Shown here: in pieces, positions 24,898 through 34,204 of the stretch
How positions within the stretch are numbered: position 1 is the first letter of the stretch
Layout: the number at the start of each line of letters is the position of its first letter
Sequence record: MT161459.1
Direction: 5' to 3' (one strand)
DNA: 64,000 nt
Program-made: the position numbers and the translations under genes
The notes under the pieces: model-generated
What the model was told of the DNA's origin: nothing
What the model saw: the letters and a program-made list of their open reading frames with translations, nothing else
Databases searched by the model: none

Positions 24898-25281
24898 ATG
24901 TTTCAAAATTTAACTCGCCGCGCTCGCGCCATTTTCAGCCAGAAATCTGAAGTGTCCATCAACGGCGTCAATTTCGAGGGCTCGAATGTGGACATCGTTG
25001 GCAACCGAGTGTTGATAGATGGCAAACCGGTTGACTTTGGGCCTACTGAGGCACTGGCACGGATCGTCATTCATATCTCCGGCAACTGCGATTGCGTCAC
25101 AACTCAATCTGGTGACGTATCCGTATCCGGCGATGTATCCAACGGAATTGGAACCCAATCTGGAACCGTTCGCGTTGATGGCGAGGCTCGCGGCAACATT
25201 AACACGATGTCTGGCGATGTTACTGTGCATGGATCGATCCAGCAAGTCAAGACCATGTCGGGCAATATTACCACACGATAA
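24898..25281 (+). CDS. Beta-helix repeat protein (DUF4097/bactofilin-like)
   Basis: Four T(Q/M)SG(D/T/N)(V/I) repeats about 17 aa apart. Confidence 0.65.
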   Translation: MFQNLTRRARAIFSQKSEVSINGVNFEGSNVDIVGNRVLIDGKPVDFGPTEALARIVIHISGNCDCVTTQSGDVSVSGDVSNGIGTQSGTVRVDGEARGNINTMSGDVTVHGSIQQVKTMSGNITTR

Positions 25282-25284
25282 CGG

Positions 25285-25313
25285 TTGACACCTCCTTCGG
25301 GAGGTGTTATTGT
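25285..25313 (+). promoter_or_regulatory. Promoter whose spacer is a UUCG hairpin
   Basis: TTGACA-17bp-TATTGT; ACACCTCC-TTCG-GGAGGTGT spans 25288-25307. Confidence 0.6.
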
Positions 25314-25333
25314 CTCTGCAACAAGGAGATTTT

Positions 25334-25651
25334 ATGCGTATCGCTGTTTGGTGTATTAATGTCACGGTTAGTCTAGGTTTGTTCGTAGCTCGTTGGGCTG
25401 CTGGACTGGCCATAGGTTACTGGACTTGGCAGCTTCACACGATGCTGTATACCCACTTTGTAGATGGCGGTCCGTTTCCGTGGTATCTGAACTATGTTCC
25501 GGAGTACTTCACCACCGAGCCAGGCGTTCTGTGGTTAGTTCCGGTATTCCTGATCGCTAACGTAGTTCTACCATTAATGTGCTTCTTCCCAACTGCTTGG
25601 CCGATCGTTTTGGCTGGACTGGGATTTGTTACTTATAAGGCCATCAAATGA
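25334..25651 (+). CDS. Multi-pass membrane protein
   Basis: AAGGAG RBS; hydrophobic throughout. Confidence 0.75.
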   Translation: MRIAVWCINVTVSLGLFVARWAAGLAIGYWTWQLHTMLYTHFVDGGPFPWYLNYVPEYFTTEPGVLWLVPVFLIANVVLPLMCFFPTAWPIVLAGLGFVTYKAIK

Positions 25652-25920
25652 AACTAAGATTCCAGAAGCGTATTCGGATTCTTCCATGGCTGACTATCAA
25701 CCTGAATAGCTCAGCTCTGGCTGGCAAGGTCTCTGGATCTAGCGTCACCGTAGGAGTTCCTGGATTGGGCGTCAATGTCAATAACGAGGGCGTCCAAGGT
25801 CACTTGGGAGCTCCAGGAACTGGATTGGGGTATCGGACCAAGCGAGTTGGCCCAAAGACTATCGGCGATGTGGTGGTCAGCTGGTTCAAAAAGAAACCGG
25901 TTGATCTGAAATCGAGCTAG
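25648..25920 (+). CDS. DUF4236-like protein
   Basis: LRFQKRIRILPWL.INL, S.SVTVG..G..VNV, G.PGTGL.YR pattern. Confidence 0.7.
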   Translation: MKLRFQKRIRILPWLTINLNSSALAGKVSGSSVTVGVPGLGVNVNNEGVQGHLGAPGTGLGYRTKRVGPKTIGDVVVSWFKKKPVDLKSS

Positions 25921-25929
25921 ACTGATAAT
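25901..25929 (+). promoter_or_regulatory. Promoter upstream of DNA ligase
   Basis: TTGATC-17bp-GATAAT. Confidence 0.5.
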
Positions 25930-25958
25930 ATCTACACTGAAACCAAGAAGGAATACCA

Positions 25959-27452
25959 ATGTCTGTTCTGTCTATCCTGAATATGATTGCATCCGAAGAT
26001 AAAACTTCTGTCAAGGAAGCAATCACTTCCAAACACGCTCATCTGGATGAGCTGCGTCGTGCGTTCAAATTTTGTTATAACAAACAACTCAAATTCGGCG
26101 TTAAGTCCAAGACATTTCCGGTTATCGACAAATCCGCGTTCAAGAATGTCACCAGTCTGAAAGACTCTCTGGATTTCCTGGAATACGGTCTCATGACTCG
26201 GAAACTGACTGGATCTGCTGCCATTGAAGAGCTGACCAAGGTTCTGACCAATGGCACTAGCGATGACTACGAAGTGGTTCGTCGTGTTATGTTCCGCGAT
26301 CTGGAGATCGGGATCGGTCAAACCATTGCCAATAAAGTGTGGGACAAACTTTGTCCGAAACAACCTCAGATGTTAGCTTCTGCGGAAGATGATGAACTGG
26401 CGATGAAGATCCTGCGTCGTGGTCACGCATTGGCAGAAATGAAGGCTGATGGTGCGCGCTGCTTTACTGACATCAACGCCGAAGATGACATCATCTCCAA
26501 GAGCTCTCGATCTGGTAATGAATATCAGAAGCTGGATCTGTTGGACGAAGCTATTCGATCCACTACGTTCGGCAACTGGGTTATTGATGGCGAGCTGGTG
26601 TACCGTGGTGATACCTCTGGCATAGCGTACGTTCCGACTGAGGATGAGAATGGCGTCATCGTCGAAGAATCTGCTGACGTTCAACAGCGCAAGATCGGTA
26701 ATGGTATTGTCAATAAATCTCTGAAAGGCTCAATTACAAAAGAGCAAGCTGATAACATCGTATATCAAGTGTGGGATATAGTTCCGCGTGATGTGTACTA
26801 TGGCGATCGTGATTGTCCGAAAGAGCTGACCCAAGAGAAACGTCGTGAATACCTGGAGATGTTCGTTAGTCAGGTTCAGGGTGCCGGCTTCACTAACATC
26901 GAACTGATCGAACAGACTCCAGTCAAGACTCTGGCTGAAGCGAAGGCTGTGTACGCGAAATATGTCCAGATGGGATACGAAGGGATCATCCTGAAATGCG
27001 GTCTGAATCTGTGGAAGAATACTCGTTCCAAAGATCTGGTCAAGTTCAAGGAAAAGATCCGCGTTGATCTGTACATCGTTGGTCACTATCCGCATAAGAA
27101 AGATCCGAACAAGCTGGGTGGCATTACTGTACGCAGTGCATGCGGTCGGATCCAGACCAACTGCGGTAGCGGCTTCTCGAATACCGACACCAAGAAGGTG
27201 AAAGGCTCCAAGGAGAAGATCGCAATCCCGATGTCTGAGCGAGATGAGTTCGATCGCGGTCTGCTGTACACTCCAGAGTGGCAAGCCAAGTTAATCGGGA
27301 TGGTCGTTGAGATCGAGTGTAACGGTCTGATTGACTCCAAAGCTCGCAAAGAAGGCGAGGCTGAATTCAAGCTGTTCCTGCCAATCTTCAAGGGGTTCCG
27401 GATCGACAAACTAGAAGCTAACCGTCTGGAAGAGGCATTCAATCGTGACTGA
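25959..27452 (+). CDS. 30: ATP-dependent DNA ligase
   Basis: EMKADGAR (KxDGxR), IDGELV, YEGIILK, DLVKFK, KLFLPIF; collinear with T4 gp30. Confidence 0.97.
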   Translation: MSVLSILNMIASEDKTSVKEAITSKHAHLDELRRAFKFCYNKQLKFGVKSKTFPVIDKSAFKNVTSLKDSLDFLEYGLMTRKLTGSAAIEELTKVLTNGTSDDYEVVRRVMFRDLEIGIGQTIANKVWDKLCPKQPQMLASAEDDELAMKILRRGHALAEMKADGARCFTDINAEDDIISKSSRSGNEYQKLDLLDEAIRSTTFGNWVIDGELVYRGDTSGIAYVPTEDENGVIVEESADVQQRKIGNGIVNKSLKGSITKEQADNIVYQVWDIVPRDVYYGDRDCPKELTQEKRREYLEMFVSQVQGAGFTNIELIEQTPVKTLAEAKAVYAKYVQMGYEGIILKCGLNLWKNTRSKDLVKFKEKIRVDLYIVGHYPHKKDPNKLGGITVRSACGRIQTNCGSGFSNTDTKKVKGSKEKIAIPMSERDEFDRGLLYTPEWQAKLIGMVVEIECNGLIDSKARKEGEAEFKLFLPIFKGFRIDKLEANRLEEAFNRD

Positions 27453-27714
27453 TACCATCAGCGTTTCGAATGCGGAAGAAGCACTCGAGTTGACCAAAGC
27501 TCATTTCACTGCTCGAGATATGGTCAAGGCAGCTCTCGAGTGCGTGACCAAAGAGACGAGAACTGGGCGCGGAGCTGCATACCATTTCCCGCCGGCGATC
27601 TCCGACGTAGCAATTCAACTGACTATCGCTGAGATGGAACGACGTGGATTTGGCGTTGAACTGATCCACCCACGAGATTCCGTTGGCGGTCAATTCATTC
27701 GGATCAGCTGGTAA
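27445..27714 (+). CDS. Hypothetical protein (paralog of 36054-36864 genes)
   Basis: GGAAGAGG RBS, GTG; ends FIRISW. Confidence 0.7.
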   Translation: MTDTISVSNAEEALELTKAHFTARDMVKAALECVTKETRTGRGAAYHFPPAISDVAIQLTIAEMERRGFGVELIHPRDSVGGQFIRISW

Positions 27715-27715
27715 A

Positions 27716-27741
27716 AAGAAAGCCACCCTAGGGTGGCTTTT
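27716..27741. terminator. Bidirectional terminator between convergent genes
   Basis: AAAGCCACC-CTAG-GGTGGCTTT flanked by A and T runs. Confidence 0.85.
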
Positions 27742-27742
27742 C

Positions 27743-29605
27743 TTATATCAATTGGGAGCAGAACTTAGATTTCAACTCCTCGTAATCCATTCGATCTGCG
27801 ACCCCCATTTCTGGGACCTTAGATGCTTCGGCCTGACCGGCTAGCAGCCAGGTTTTGACTTGATCCAACTCGTCAATTCCTTTGGATTCGTTGACGAATG
27901 TTCCGAACCCAACTCTGATTGCCTTCAACTTCCCAGTGGATATAAACGCATCGCCGTCATACACAGTCTCATTGACCGCAATCTCAGATGATGGGACTAC
28001 GGACGTATCAAAGTGAACGTTCTGGATGATTCCCTTGCGATTGGGAGACGCAGCCAATCTATTGATACGGACCGTTGTGCCACGTGGCATAATCACCTCA
28101 CACTCTTGAGGGAATTGGGCTGCAAATTTGCCAGGCACGACAACTGGGATTTTGTACGCATCGCGGATGGTCATAGTCGTCGTCAGATCGCGATCTATTG
28201 GATCTGTGTCCATCAAATCTGTGTACCGATATGTTGCCATCGCTGACATACCAGGACCGCAGAACGACATACCCTTGATGGGGCTAGTCGTCGTACTCAC
28301 GTACGTCCGGAAGTGGAACAGTTTCCCTTCCGCGATCTCCAGCGCCAGGTAATCACGCATAGCCATGCTTCGGAACAGCAGGACATCTTTGGTCACGTAT
28401 GCAGCACTCTCCTCAAACGCCTTGTCCATCTTAGCAACCAGATTCTGACCTTTGTTGCCACCAGATCCGTTCAATAAGAAATTGTTGATCGTTTTGAATC
28501 CCATGCCGCAGTAGTGCATAATAGTTGCCTTGTGTTCCGCGGGAACCGTGGTCCCTAACTTCAAGTACGCCTGTTCGTGAGCGATCTTCATGCCTTCCAG
28601 AACTGATATGCGGAAAAGTGCAATCATAGCTGAATGGAAATCGAACTGATGCTTCTTCGCAAGTCTATCCATTAGTTTAATCAATGGTTGAACTTTACCG
28701 TCAATCATGTCCTGAATAGTCAGATCCAATTCGTTGACTTCGTGCACGATTTCTGCGTATATATCTTCCGCGCGATCGTCGATAGAGATACCGCTCATTC
28801 GCAGCGATGTCTTGATCTTTGGAATGTCCGCGATGATTTTCTGCTTGTGGATTGCATCCTGAGTCTGGATCTCATTGCGATTCCCAACGTGCGTTGTAAA
28901 ACTCTTGCCTTCGCGCTCGAGTTGTTGGATAGTCTTCGATGTTGACAAGTAATCCTGCACTTTCTCTGGAACCTCGGTGTTACCAGCGATCGTGGATACG
29001 TCGATCTGAGCTGGAACGAACTTCTTCATCTGCGGTTCTACAACAGCGCTAACCTGAACAGCTACTTCTTCTGGAGTAGCATCGGCAGCGACCTTGATCT
29101 TGAAGTGGGCCTCTACATCAAACATGTGCGAACTTCGGGACAATACGATGTAGTCGTACTTTCCGTCCGGAGATCCGATGACTTGATCCAGCTCAAACTG
29201 CACCCCATGCTTTTTGAGATACCGAACGCAGATGGAACTGACAGTCTGTGTGATCCCAGAACTAGATGGCAGTCTGAACAGGATGTGTTTGGATTGCGTG
29301 TTGCTCTCCGTTTCCGTCGCGATGATGTTTGCGATGGTTGCGACTGCATTCAACGGTTTCTGAATGGTTTTGATAGATCGAGACGTTTTGCCGTTTACCG
29401 ACATGAACATATGATAGATAGTAGGCCTCGCGCTCTTACGATATGCCAGTACGCGTCCAGTCGTCAGGTTATTTGCCTTGATCGAAATGGTTTGGGATCC
29501 CGAATCGAATGTCCAAGTGTCGTTGCTTGATGCATCCTTGGTAGTCTGAGACGAGATGTAGTCGAAAGTTGAAGCTTCCGCTAGCAAAAACTCTTTTATT
29601 GACAT
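27743..29605 (-). CDS. alt: Alt-like ADP-ribosyltransferase (virion-packaged)
   Basis: ART R-S-E motifs LLFRSM / YVSTT / QECEVIMPRG; GAGGT RBS gives start MSIKEFLLAE; CTAAATA at 29630-29636. Confidence 0.85.
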   Translation of the reverse strand: MSIKEFLLAEASTFDYISSQTTKDASSNDTWTFDSGSQTISIKANNLTTGRVLAYRKSARPTIYHMFMSVNGKTSRSIKTIQKPLNAVATIANIIATETESNTQSKHILFRLPSSSGITQTVSSICVRYLKKHGVQFELDQVIGSPDGKYDYIVLSRSSHMFDVEAHFKIKVAADATPEEVAVQVSAVVEPQMKKFVPAQIDVSTIAGNTEVPEKVQDYLSTSKTIQQLEREGKSFTTHVGNRNEIQTQDAIHKQKIIADIPKIKTSLRMSGISIDDRAEDIYAEIVHEVNELDLTIQDMIDGKVQPLIKLMDRLAKKHQFDFHSAMIALFRISVLEGMKIAHEQAYLKLGTTVPAEHKATIMHYCGMGFKTINNFLLNGSGGNKGQNLVAKMDKAFEESAAYVTKDVLLFRSMAMRDYLALEIAEGKLFHFRTYVSTTTSPIKGMSFCGPGMSAMATYRYTDLMDTDPIDRDLTTTMTIRDAYKIPVVVPGKFAAQFPQECEVIMPRGTTVRINRLAASPNRKGIIQNVHFDTSVVPSSEIAVNETVYDGDAFISTGKLKAIRVGFGTFVNESKGIDELDQVKTWLLAGQAEASKVPEMGVADRMDYEELKSKFCSQLI

Positions 29606-29644
29606 ATAATACCTCATGTAATTTACACTTATTTAGGAGCTATC

Positions 29645-29893
29645 ATGAAATACACCATCCAATGTATGGGCAAGACTGGCGTTGTAGAAGAATCCACTGT
29701 CTATAGTCACAAGCATTTCAAGTGGGCTCTTGAGACTATCGTGGGTCGAGTGGTTCACGACATCAAGTCAGTTGAGAATATGTTTCAGCCGTTGACCTTC
29801 CAAGCTACCTTCGATCTTGGAGGCGAGGCCACAGTTTTTGTAATACCAAACGGAGAAATCAATGGAACCGATGGGAGCAGTAACCCTAACTAA
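29645..29893 (+). CDS. Hypothetical protein
   Basis: AGGAG RBS. Confidence 0.65.
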   Translation: MKYTIQCMGKTGVVEESTVYSHKHFKWALETIVGRVVHDIKSVENMFQPLTFQATFDLGGEATVFVIPNGEINGTDGSSNPN

Positions 29894-31178
29894 CTGTCAA
29901 CAAAAGGCTTTGGATGCTGTTAAGGCATCGAGAAAGCACATCACGATCTCTGGGCCAGCTGGATCCGGCAAGTCGTTCCTGACTAAGCTGTTGATCCAGT
30001 CACTCGGAGATCGTCTGGGGATTGCAATCTGCGCTCCAACTCATCAAGCTAAGATCGTCCTCGCTAAGATGGCCGGATTGAATGCAACGACTATTCACAG
30101 TCTGTTCATGATCCACCCAGAGACTTACGAGGACGTCAGATCATTCGGTCAATCAAAGAAACCTGATCTATCCAAGATCAGGTATCTGATCATCGACGAA
30201 GCGAGTATGGTGGACGAAGATCTGTGCAAGATCATTCTAGCTTGTATCCCAAGCACGTGTCAGATCATCGCGATTGGCGACAAATCTCAGGTACAGCCAG
30301 TTCGTCACGAGCCAGGTGTCCTCAGCCCTTTCTTTACAGATCGGGAGACCTTCCGGTTGGTGGAGCTGGAAGAGGTTGTTCGTCAACAAGCTGGGAATCC
30401 GATCATCGAAGTGGCTAACAAGATTCGTGTTGGTGGATGGTTTGAAACTAAGTGGGATCGCGAGAACAAGCGCGGTGTGCTGCAAGTCAGTGGTGCCAAC
30501 AAGATGATCGAGGCTATCCTCAAGAAGGTGAAGTGTCCGGAAGATCTCCTGAACTACCGACTACTGGCTTATACCAACAACGTAGTGGATCGCATGAATG
30601 CTGTCGTTCGACGTCACGTGTACAACACGTCTGAACCGTTCGTGGATAACGAATACTTGGTCATGCAACAACCGGTGACTAAGGAAGAAGAGATCGATGG
30701 GACCATGTGCACTGTGGTTGTACTGAATAACGGCGAGATCGTGAAGATCAAACCCGATTCCATTCAGCGTCGGACTATGACCATCAATCTGCCGTACGTC
30801 GATACGTTCGATGTTGAAGTTGCAGATATGGTTGTCTTCGATAGTGAGGAACAGGAGAAGGATATTCTCGTCATTTGGGACAATGATAGTCAGATCCAAT
30901 TGGATTCTGCATTGTCCAGAGCTGCCGCGCAGTACAAATCGATGGGAGCTCGGAAGACTCGCGGCGTGAAGGGTCCATGGGACTACTTCTGGGAAGTAAA
31001 GGGTCAGTTCGCTGATACCAAATCTCTCGGGGCAAGCACGATCCACAAAAGTCAAGGGATCACACTGAAAGGATGTGGGATCTACACCGGCGATATGAAT
31101 TTCGCTACATTTGAAATCCAAACGCAACTAGCGTACGTTGCCGTCACTCGTGCAACCGACTGGGTGCTTTACTGCTAA
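29862..31178 (+). CDS. dda: Dda SF1B DNA helicase
   Basis: GPAGSGKS, APTHQA, TIHS, IIDEASMV, IGD..QVQPV, STIHKSQG, YVAVTRA. Confidence 0.95.
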   Translation: MEPMGAVTLTNCQQKALDAVKASRKHITISGPAGSGKSFLTKLLIQSLGDRLGIAICAPTHQAKIVLAKMAGLNATTIHSLFMIHPETYEDVRSFGQSKKPDLSKIRYLIIDEASMVDEDLCKIILACIPSTCQIIAIGDKSQVQPVRHEPGVLSPFFTDRETFRLVELEEVVRQQAGNPIIEVANKIRVGGWFETKWDRENKRGVLQVSGANKMIEAILKKVKCPEDLLNYRLLAYTNNVVDRMNAVVRRHVYNTSEPFVDNEYLVMQQPVTKEEEIDGTMCTVVVLNNGEIVKIKPDSIQRRTMTINLPYVDTFDVEVADMVVFDSEEQEKDILVIWDNDSQIQLDSALSRAAAQYKSMGARKTRGVKGPWDYFWEVKGQFADTKSLGASTIHKSQGITLKGCGIYTGDMNFATFEIQTQLAYVAVTRATDWVLYC

Positions 31179-31210
31179 TGATGGGCCTTCGGGCCCAATA
31201 AGGAACCGAA

Positions 31211-31693
31211 ATGTTGTTAGACCAAATCAAACAAGACCAACTGACCCTCCGCAAAGGTGACCGTTCCGATCCGACCGTTCAGATGAAGATCAACGCCCTG
31301 ACTACACTGATCGGCGAGGCATCTCCTGCGGGCAACCAAGTGGCTACGGACGAATCCGTCCAAGCTGTCGTTCGTAAGTTCGTGAAGAACTTGGACGAAT
31401 CTCTGGCAGTCATGGTACAGCGAACTAAGGATATCACGGAAACCAGTACCAATGCAGACGTAATGTCTATCCTGCAAGACGATATTCGCTACACTAACAT
31501 GCTGATAGAACGCGCCATGTACGCAAGCTATCTGCCGGCAGTCTTCGATGTTGCTGACATAAATAAAATCCTGGATACTATGCCAAGCATCATCATCGGA
31601 GCTGCTATGGGTGCCTGTAAGAAGGCTGCTTCTGCAAGTGGCAAAATGTTCGACGGTGCTCTGGTTCAAAAGGCAATCAAAGAGAGGGTTTAA
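31211..31693 (+). CDS. GatB/YqeY-domain protein
   Basis: LLDQIKQD....RK, V..VVRKFVK...ES, E......YLP pattern. Confidence 0.7.
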   Translation: MLLDQIKQDQLTLRKGDRSDPTVQMKINALTTLIGEASPAGNQVATDESVQAVVRKFVKNLDESLAVMVQRTKDITETSTNADVMSILQDDIRYTNMLIERAMYASYLPAVFDVADINKILDTMPSIIIGAAMGACKKAASASGKMFDGALVQKAIKERV

Positions 31694-31866
31694 TGGGAAA
31701 GCAATGTGTAGTGTGTAAGCAGCCAATCCTCGATCACGAGCGTTTCGATCTGACCGAGTCTGGAGCTGTCCACGAAGGTACCTGCAAGATGTATCTGAAA
31801 GAACATCGAGCCAAGCTGAACGAAGGGACCTCCAGTCAACATCTGGCTGATGTGGAACTCCTATGA
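31693..31866 (+). CDS. uvsY.-1: UvsY.-1-like small Cys/His protein (not in ORF track)
   Basis: MGKQCVVCKQPI...SGAVHEGTC..Y.KE matches T4 CVVCKTPI...GPVHPGPC; directly upstream of uvsY. Confidence 0.85.
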   Translation: MGKQCVVCKQPILDHERFDLTESGAVHEGTCKMYLKEHRAKLNEGTSSQHLADVELL

Positions 31867-32270
31867 CTCTGGATGAACTGAAGTTAGAGTTCGAGAAAGA
31901 CATGCCCATCGTCCTGACGCAGCTTCAATCCGAAGCTGCTAATACGCCAGTGTTGTATGGGAAGTATTGTCGGTACGTCAGCGACTTCAATCGAGAGTTG
32001 ACTCAGCGCAAGAACCATCAGAAGACCGTCCTGCGAGATCGTCTGAACTACTACCTCGGTCGTGGCGATGACGTTTGTTTGGATGTCTATAGTTCCACCG
32101 AACTGCGAACTGTGCTGCCTGGGGATGAAGAAGTCATCAAAGCTAACACCGCAGTCGAGATCGTTGAAAATAAGATCGAGCTTTGTCGATCTGCTATGGA
32201 GGCCATCCGTCAACGCGGATTCTCTATCAGCAACGTTGTTAACTTGCGGAAGTTGGAAGCGGGAGAATAA
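31863..32270 (+). CDS. uvsY: Recombination mediator UvsY
   Basis: L..RL.YY.GRG, AI..RGFSI.N...LRK.EAG match T4 UvsY. Confidence 0.93.
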   Translation: MTLDELKLEFEKDMPIVLTQLQSEAANTPVLYGKYCRYVSDFNRELTQRKNHQKTVLRDRLNYYLGRGDDVCLDVYSSTELRTVLPGDEEVIKANTAVEIVENKIELCRSAMEAIRQRGFSISNVVNLRKLEAGE

Positions 32271-32299
32271 AAAAGGCCACCCAATTTGGGTGGCCTTTT
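32271..32299. terminator. Bidirectional terminator
   Basis: AAAAGGCCACCC-AATTT-GGGTGGCCTTTT. Confidence 0.9.
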
Positions 32300-32303
32300 G
32301 TTT

Positions 32304-32570
32304 TTAGAACTCCTCGGGTTCTGCAACGTCGTCAGATGATAGTTCCTTCTTGCGTCCTGCTAGCGCGTCGCGAATCTGGATGTCTTCTGCATCGGTGATC
32401 TCTACTTCCTTGACTCGCGCCTTGTAAAATTTCTCAAGCTCAGTCACGCCTTCTGGAGTCCTGCACGCTTCGATTTTGGCGAGGAAGCCATCGATGGCCA
32501 CCCTCGCTTTTTGTTCAGCTGCTTTGACTTGGTCTTCTGCTTCTGTTAGATAAATGTCAAACGTTTTCAC
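32304..32570 (-). CDS. uvsW.1: UvsW.1 protein
   Basis: KIEAC.T.EG..ELE.FYK.RVKE.E..D..DI.IRDALAG. Confidence 0.92.
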   Translation of the reverse strand: MKTFDIYLTEAEDQVKAAEQKARVAIDGFLAKIEACRTPEGVTELEKFYKARVKEVEITDAEDIQIRDALAGRKKELSSDDVAEPEEF

Positions 32571-34069
32571 AATGTTACCTCTGCTGTTTTGTACGTGAAT
32601 TGTTCGGCGTTGTATCTGGCAATTCGCTCCAGTCCATGCTTGAATGCATAGTTCTGGTGGGTGTATCGCTTCTTGGCGTTAGCAGACTTTGGTTTAACGC
32701 AGAAGTCATCGATGATGTCCCACAGCTTAGCTTTGAGCTTGGACTGATGTTTACGCAATACGCGACCCAACGACTGTAATACGATGACCTTCGATTTTAC
32801 CGGATGTGCAAAGATGATGTGGTGCAGTTTCTTGATACTGATACCAGTCGAGAATACGCCGTAGGACGCAACGATGATAATGCCATCTTCGTTCTCAGCA
32901 TCTCCCTTCAACTTCACACGATCGTCAGTTTTGGTCTCGCCAGACACATAGTGAACCTTATCTCCGTATTTAGCGACTAGCGCCTCGTACAGCATTTTGC
33001 CATGCTTGACGTTCTTGAACATGACCAACACGTTTTCGTTTTTGTCGCGAGCGAGCTTCAACGCTAGTTTGCAAATCCAAGCGTTTCGTTTGGTGTGCTT
33101 GGTAATTACCTTGATCTCTTCGGCGTACGCAACCCCTTTGTACAGGATGGTCTCTTCATCTGGATACCGTAGAAACACGCTATTAATTTCAAGCTCGGTG
33201 ACCTGACCTTCATCCATCAACGTCTTGGTTGATACTGGACGGAAAATATCACCAAACATGCCAATGTATTGCATGATGTTGGTGTTACCGTCTTTCAACG
33301 ATCCGCTCATTCCAAACTTGAAACGGCAATGACCAAGTCGCGTGACGATGTTGTTAATCTCTTTGCCGGTCGCCAAGTGACATTCATCAACGTTGACCAA
33401 CCCAAATTGACTGAACCAGGCTGAGTCCATTTTGCAGGCACTCTGCCACGTGGATACGTATATCAACGCGTCTGAATTTTTTCTGGTCCCGCTCATGATC
33501 CCCAAGCACGCTGCACGAGGAATGATACGGTAGTCGGCGTAGTCGTCTATCATCTGTTGGACGAGGGCTGTAGTTGGAACAATGACTAGGATCTTGCCAT
33601 CATAGTTTTCCATGTACCAGCGGTTGATGAGCGCGCTTATCAAGCTCTTGCCAGCTGATGTTGGAAGGTTGAGGGTTCTGCGCTGGCTGTTGATAGCTGT
33701 GAACACGGAATCTGCTTGATACCAGTGAGGCTTGATCCGCTGATCGCCGGAGTAGATCTCCAGGTTATCCAGCCACTTGTCAAAATCTTCTCGAGAAATC
33801 TCGTTGCTCTTCTTGAAGTCTTCATCGATAGTAACTGTCAGGTCATTGTTCTGGCAATACCGAACGAGAGTATCAACCAGTCCGATAGGGAGAGTTCCTT
33901 CGTTGGATAGTAGACGGATACGTCCGTCCCATGCTCCATAGCGAAACTTTGGATTGAATCTCGCGCCCTCAACTTCGAACGAGAAGTAGTTGCGGAGTTC
34001 CATGAGGGTTGAATTTTCAGCTTCGATCAATGCGTAGCTGTAGTCCCTGAATTTTATATTAACGTTCAT
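32567..34069 (-). CDS. uvsW: UvsW SF2 helicase
   Basis: RFNPKFRYG.WDGRIRL, LPTSAGKS, VDECH, ASYGVFSTGISIK, QSLGRVLR; CATAAATA at 34095-34102. Confidence 0.97.
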   Translation of the reverse strand: MNVNIKFRDYSYALIEAENSTLMELRNYFSFEVEGARFNPKFRYGAWDGRIRLLSNEGTLPIGLVDTLVRYCQNNDLTVTIDEDFKKSNEISREDFDKWLDNLEIYSGDQRIKPHWYQADSVFTAINSQRRTLNLPTSAGKSLISALINRWYMENYDGKILVIVPTTALVQQMIDDYADYRIIPRAACLGIMSGTRKNSDALIYVSTWQSACKMDSAWFSQFGLVNVDECHLATGKEINNIVTRLGHCRFKFGMSGSLKDGNTNIMQYIGMFGDIFRPVSTKTLMDEGQVTELEINSVFLRYPDEETILYKGVAYAEEIKVITKHTKRNAWICKLALKLARDKNENVLVMFKNVKHGKMLYEALVAKYGDKVHYVSGETKTDDRVKLKGDAENEDGIIIVASYGVFSTGISIKKLHHIIFAHPVKSKVIVLQSLGRVLRKHQSKLKAKLWDIIDDFCVKPKSANAKKRYTHQNYAFKHGLERIARYNAEQFTYKTAEVTL

Positions 34070-34204
34070 TGAAAGTTTTCCAGTTTGAAAATGATATTTA
34101 TGTTGATGTAGCGTAGATCATTCCCTATTATACCCTAGGATTTACATGTAGTAAATACCACATAGGGTTCAATAATGTTCCCTATGAAATAGAGGAAGTG
34201 TTTA

